Source: a virus
Taxonomy: Duplodnaviria > Heunggongvirae > Uroviricota > Caudoviricetes
IMG/VR virus record: IMGVR_UViG_2706794698_000013
Length of the DNA: 8,533 nt
Strand: one strand, 5' to 3'
Part shown: piece by piece, positions 7,863 to 8,533 of the stretch
How positions within the stretch are numbered: position 1 is the first letter of the stretch
Layout: the number at the start of each line of letters is the position of its first letter
Made by a program: the position numbers and the translations under genes
Notes under the pieces: generated by a model
Told to the model about the DNA's origin: nothing
Database searches by the model: none
What the model saw: the letters and a program-made list of their open reading frames with translations, nothing else

Positions 7863-8407
7863 AAACGGGGGCCGAAGCCATCCGGGCACTGGCCACACAG
7901 CTCCCGGCATTTCGTCAGAAACTGAGCGACGGCTGGTATCAGGTGCGCATTGCCGGGCGTGATGCAGGCGAAAATGAATTATCTGCCCGTCTTAATGAAC
8001 CGCTGGCAAATGGTGCCGTGATCCACATCGTTCCGCGTCTGGCGGGTGCCAAAAGTGGCGGTGTGTTTCAGGCGGTGCTGGGTGCGGCGCTGATTGCGGT
8101 GGCATGGTGGAACCCTGTGGGCTGGCTGGGGGCCGCGGCTGTATCGGGTATGTATGCAGCAGGGGCCAGTATGATCCTGGGTGGTGTGGCGCAGATGCTG
8201 GCACCGAAAGCCAGGACGCCCACGGCAGCCAGTACAGATAACGGCAAACAGAACACGTATTTCTCGTCACTGGATAACATGGTTGCCCAGGGTAATGTTC
8301 TGCCTGTTCTGTACGGGGAAATGCGCGTGGGGTCACGTGTGGTTTCTCAGGAGATCAGCACGGCAGACGAAGGGGATGGTGGTCAGGTTGTGGTGATTGG
8401 TCGCTGA
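7760..8407 (+). CDS. I: tail assembly protein I (lambda gpI, near-identical), 215 aa
   Basis: MAATHTLPLASPGMARICLYGDLQRFGRRIDLRVKTGAEAIRALATQLPAFRQKLSDGWYQVRIAGRD... and C-terminal NGKQNTYFSSLDNMVAQGNVLPVLYGEMRVGSRVVSQEISTADEGDGGQVVVIGR match lambda gpI by recollection. Overlaps the K 3' end by about 100 nt in a different frame. Stop TGA 8405-8407. Confidence 0.9.
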   Translation: MAATHTLPLASPGMARICLYGDLQRFGRRIDLRVKTGAEAIRALATQLPAFRQKLSDGWYQVRIAGRDAGENELSARLNEPLANGAVIHIVPRLAGAKSGGVFQAVLGAALIAVAWWNPVGWLGAAAVSGMYAAGASMILGGVAQMLAPKARTPTAASTDNGKQNTYFSSLDNMVAQGNVLPVLYGEMRVGSRVVSQEISTADEGDGGQVVVIGR

Positions 8408-8425
8408 TGCAAAATGTTTTATGAG

Positions 8426-8446
8426 AAACCGCCTGCGGGCGGTTTT
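8426..8446 (+). terminator. terminator-like hairpin between I and J
   Basis: AAACCGCC tgcg GGCGGTTT: perfect 8-bp stem with 4-nt loop, followed by T-rich ttttgtcgttt. Lies 19 nt after the I stop and about 20 nt before the J start. Confidence 0.35.
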
Positions 8447-8467
8447 GTCGTTTATGGAGCGTGAGGA

Positions 8468-8533
8468 ATGGGTAAAGGCAGCAGTAAGGGGCATACCCCG
8501 CGCGAAGCGAAGGACAACCTGAAGTCCACGCAG
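8468..8533 (+). CDS. J: N-terminus of tail tip/central fibre protein J (3' end truncated by the window)
   Basis: GAGGAA at 8463-8467 then ATG 8468. The 22 codons MGKGSSKGHTPREAKDNLKSTQ match the lambda gpJ N-terminus as I recall it. Confidence 0.85.
   Translation, partial: MGKGSSKGHTPREAKDNLKSTQ

Larger units (their letters stand above)
6885..7888. repeat. direct repeat pair: 6885-7261 and 7512-7888 (377 bp each, offset 627) flanking the N-run 7262-7511
   Basis: Copies are identical over about 195 bp (about 7000-7195 versus 7627-7822) but differ densely in a patch at 6933-6998 versus 7560-7625, and at a few sites in the K/I overlap. Confidence 0.85.

Noticed and set aside
5195-7910. Long minus-strand ORFs through the L-K-I region (5195..6376, 5938..6813, 6507..6935, 6817..7182, 7035..7538, 7594..7809, 7662..7910) and further ones at 7992..8336 and 8068..8280
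   Set aside because: They are antisense to well-supported, lambda-like tail genes in GC-rich DNA where stop codons are rare. Several stay open only because N-runs translate as X. No start signals, and the products are Pro/Arg/Ala-rich low-complexity sequence typical of antisense GC-rich coding DNA.
5542-8396. Out-of-frame + strand ORFs inside L, K and I (5658..5846, 6044..6415, 6416..6616, 7519..7734, 8181..8396) and minus-strand 5542..5739
   Set aside because: Alternative frames of near-identical lambda genes; Arg/Cys-rich products typical of GC-rich off-frames; 6044..6415 is mostly Ns.
1-8533. Novel defence or accessory system, CRISPR array, tRNA/attachment site, or IS element
   Set aside because: No direct-repeat/spacer array, no tRNA-like structure, no transposase-like ORF or terminal inverted repeats. 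All coding capacity is accounted for by canonical tail genes in canonical order. The only unexplained sequence is hidden under the Ns.

Overview
This window is the tail-morphogenesis module of a lambdoid (lambda-like) siphovirus or prophage, all on the + strand in lambda gene order: putative major tail protein, gpG-like chaperone with a -1 frameshift extension (G-T), tape measure protein (H homolog, 1074 codons), M, L, K, I and the first 22 codons of J. L, K, I and the J N-terminus match phage lambda proteins very closely as I recall them, pointing to an enterobacterial (E. coli/Shigella-like) host; the upstream genes are AT-richer and more diverged, with a sharp mosaic joint at the M/L boundary. 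Three N-runs of about 250 nt interrupt the sequence (3164-3415, 6062-6314, 7262-7511). The last two are each flanked by redundant but non-identical copies of L-end/K-start and K-end/I-start, which most likely reflects scaffolding or collapse of paralogous prophage copies rather than real tandem duplication, though this cannot be settled from the sequence. I found no CRISPR array, tRNA, IS element or defence-type gene. Every ORF of meaningful size is explained by known tail genes, so I do not see a previously undescribed system here; the noteworthy items are recoding, mosaicism, the repeat/gap structure and two hairpins.
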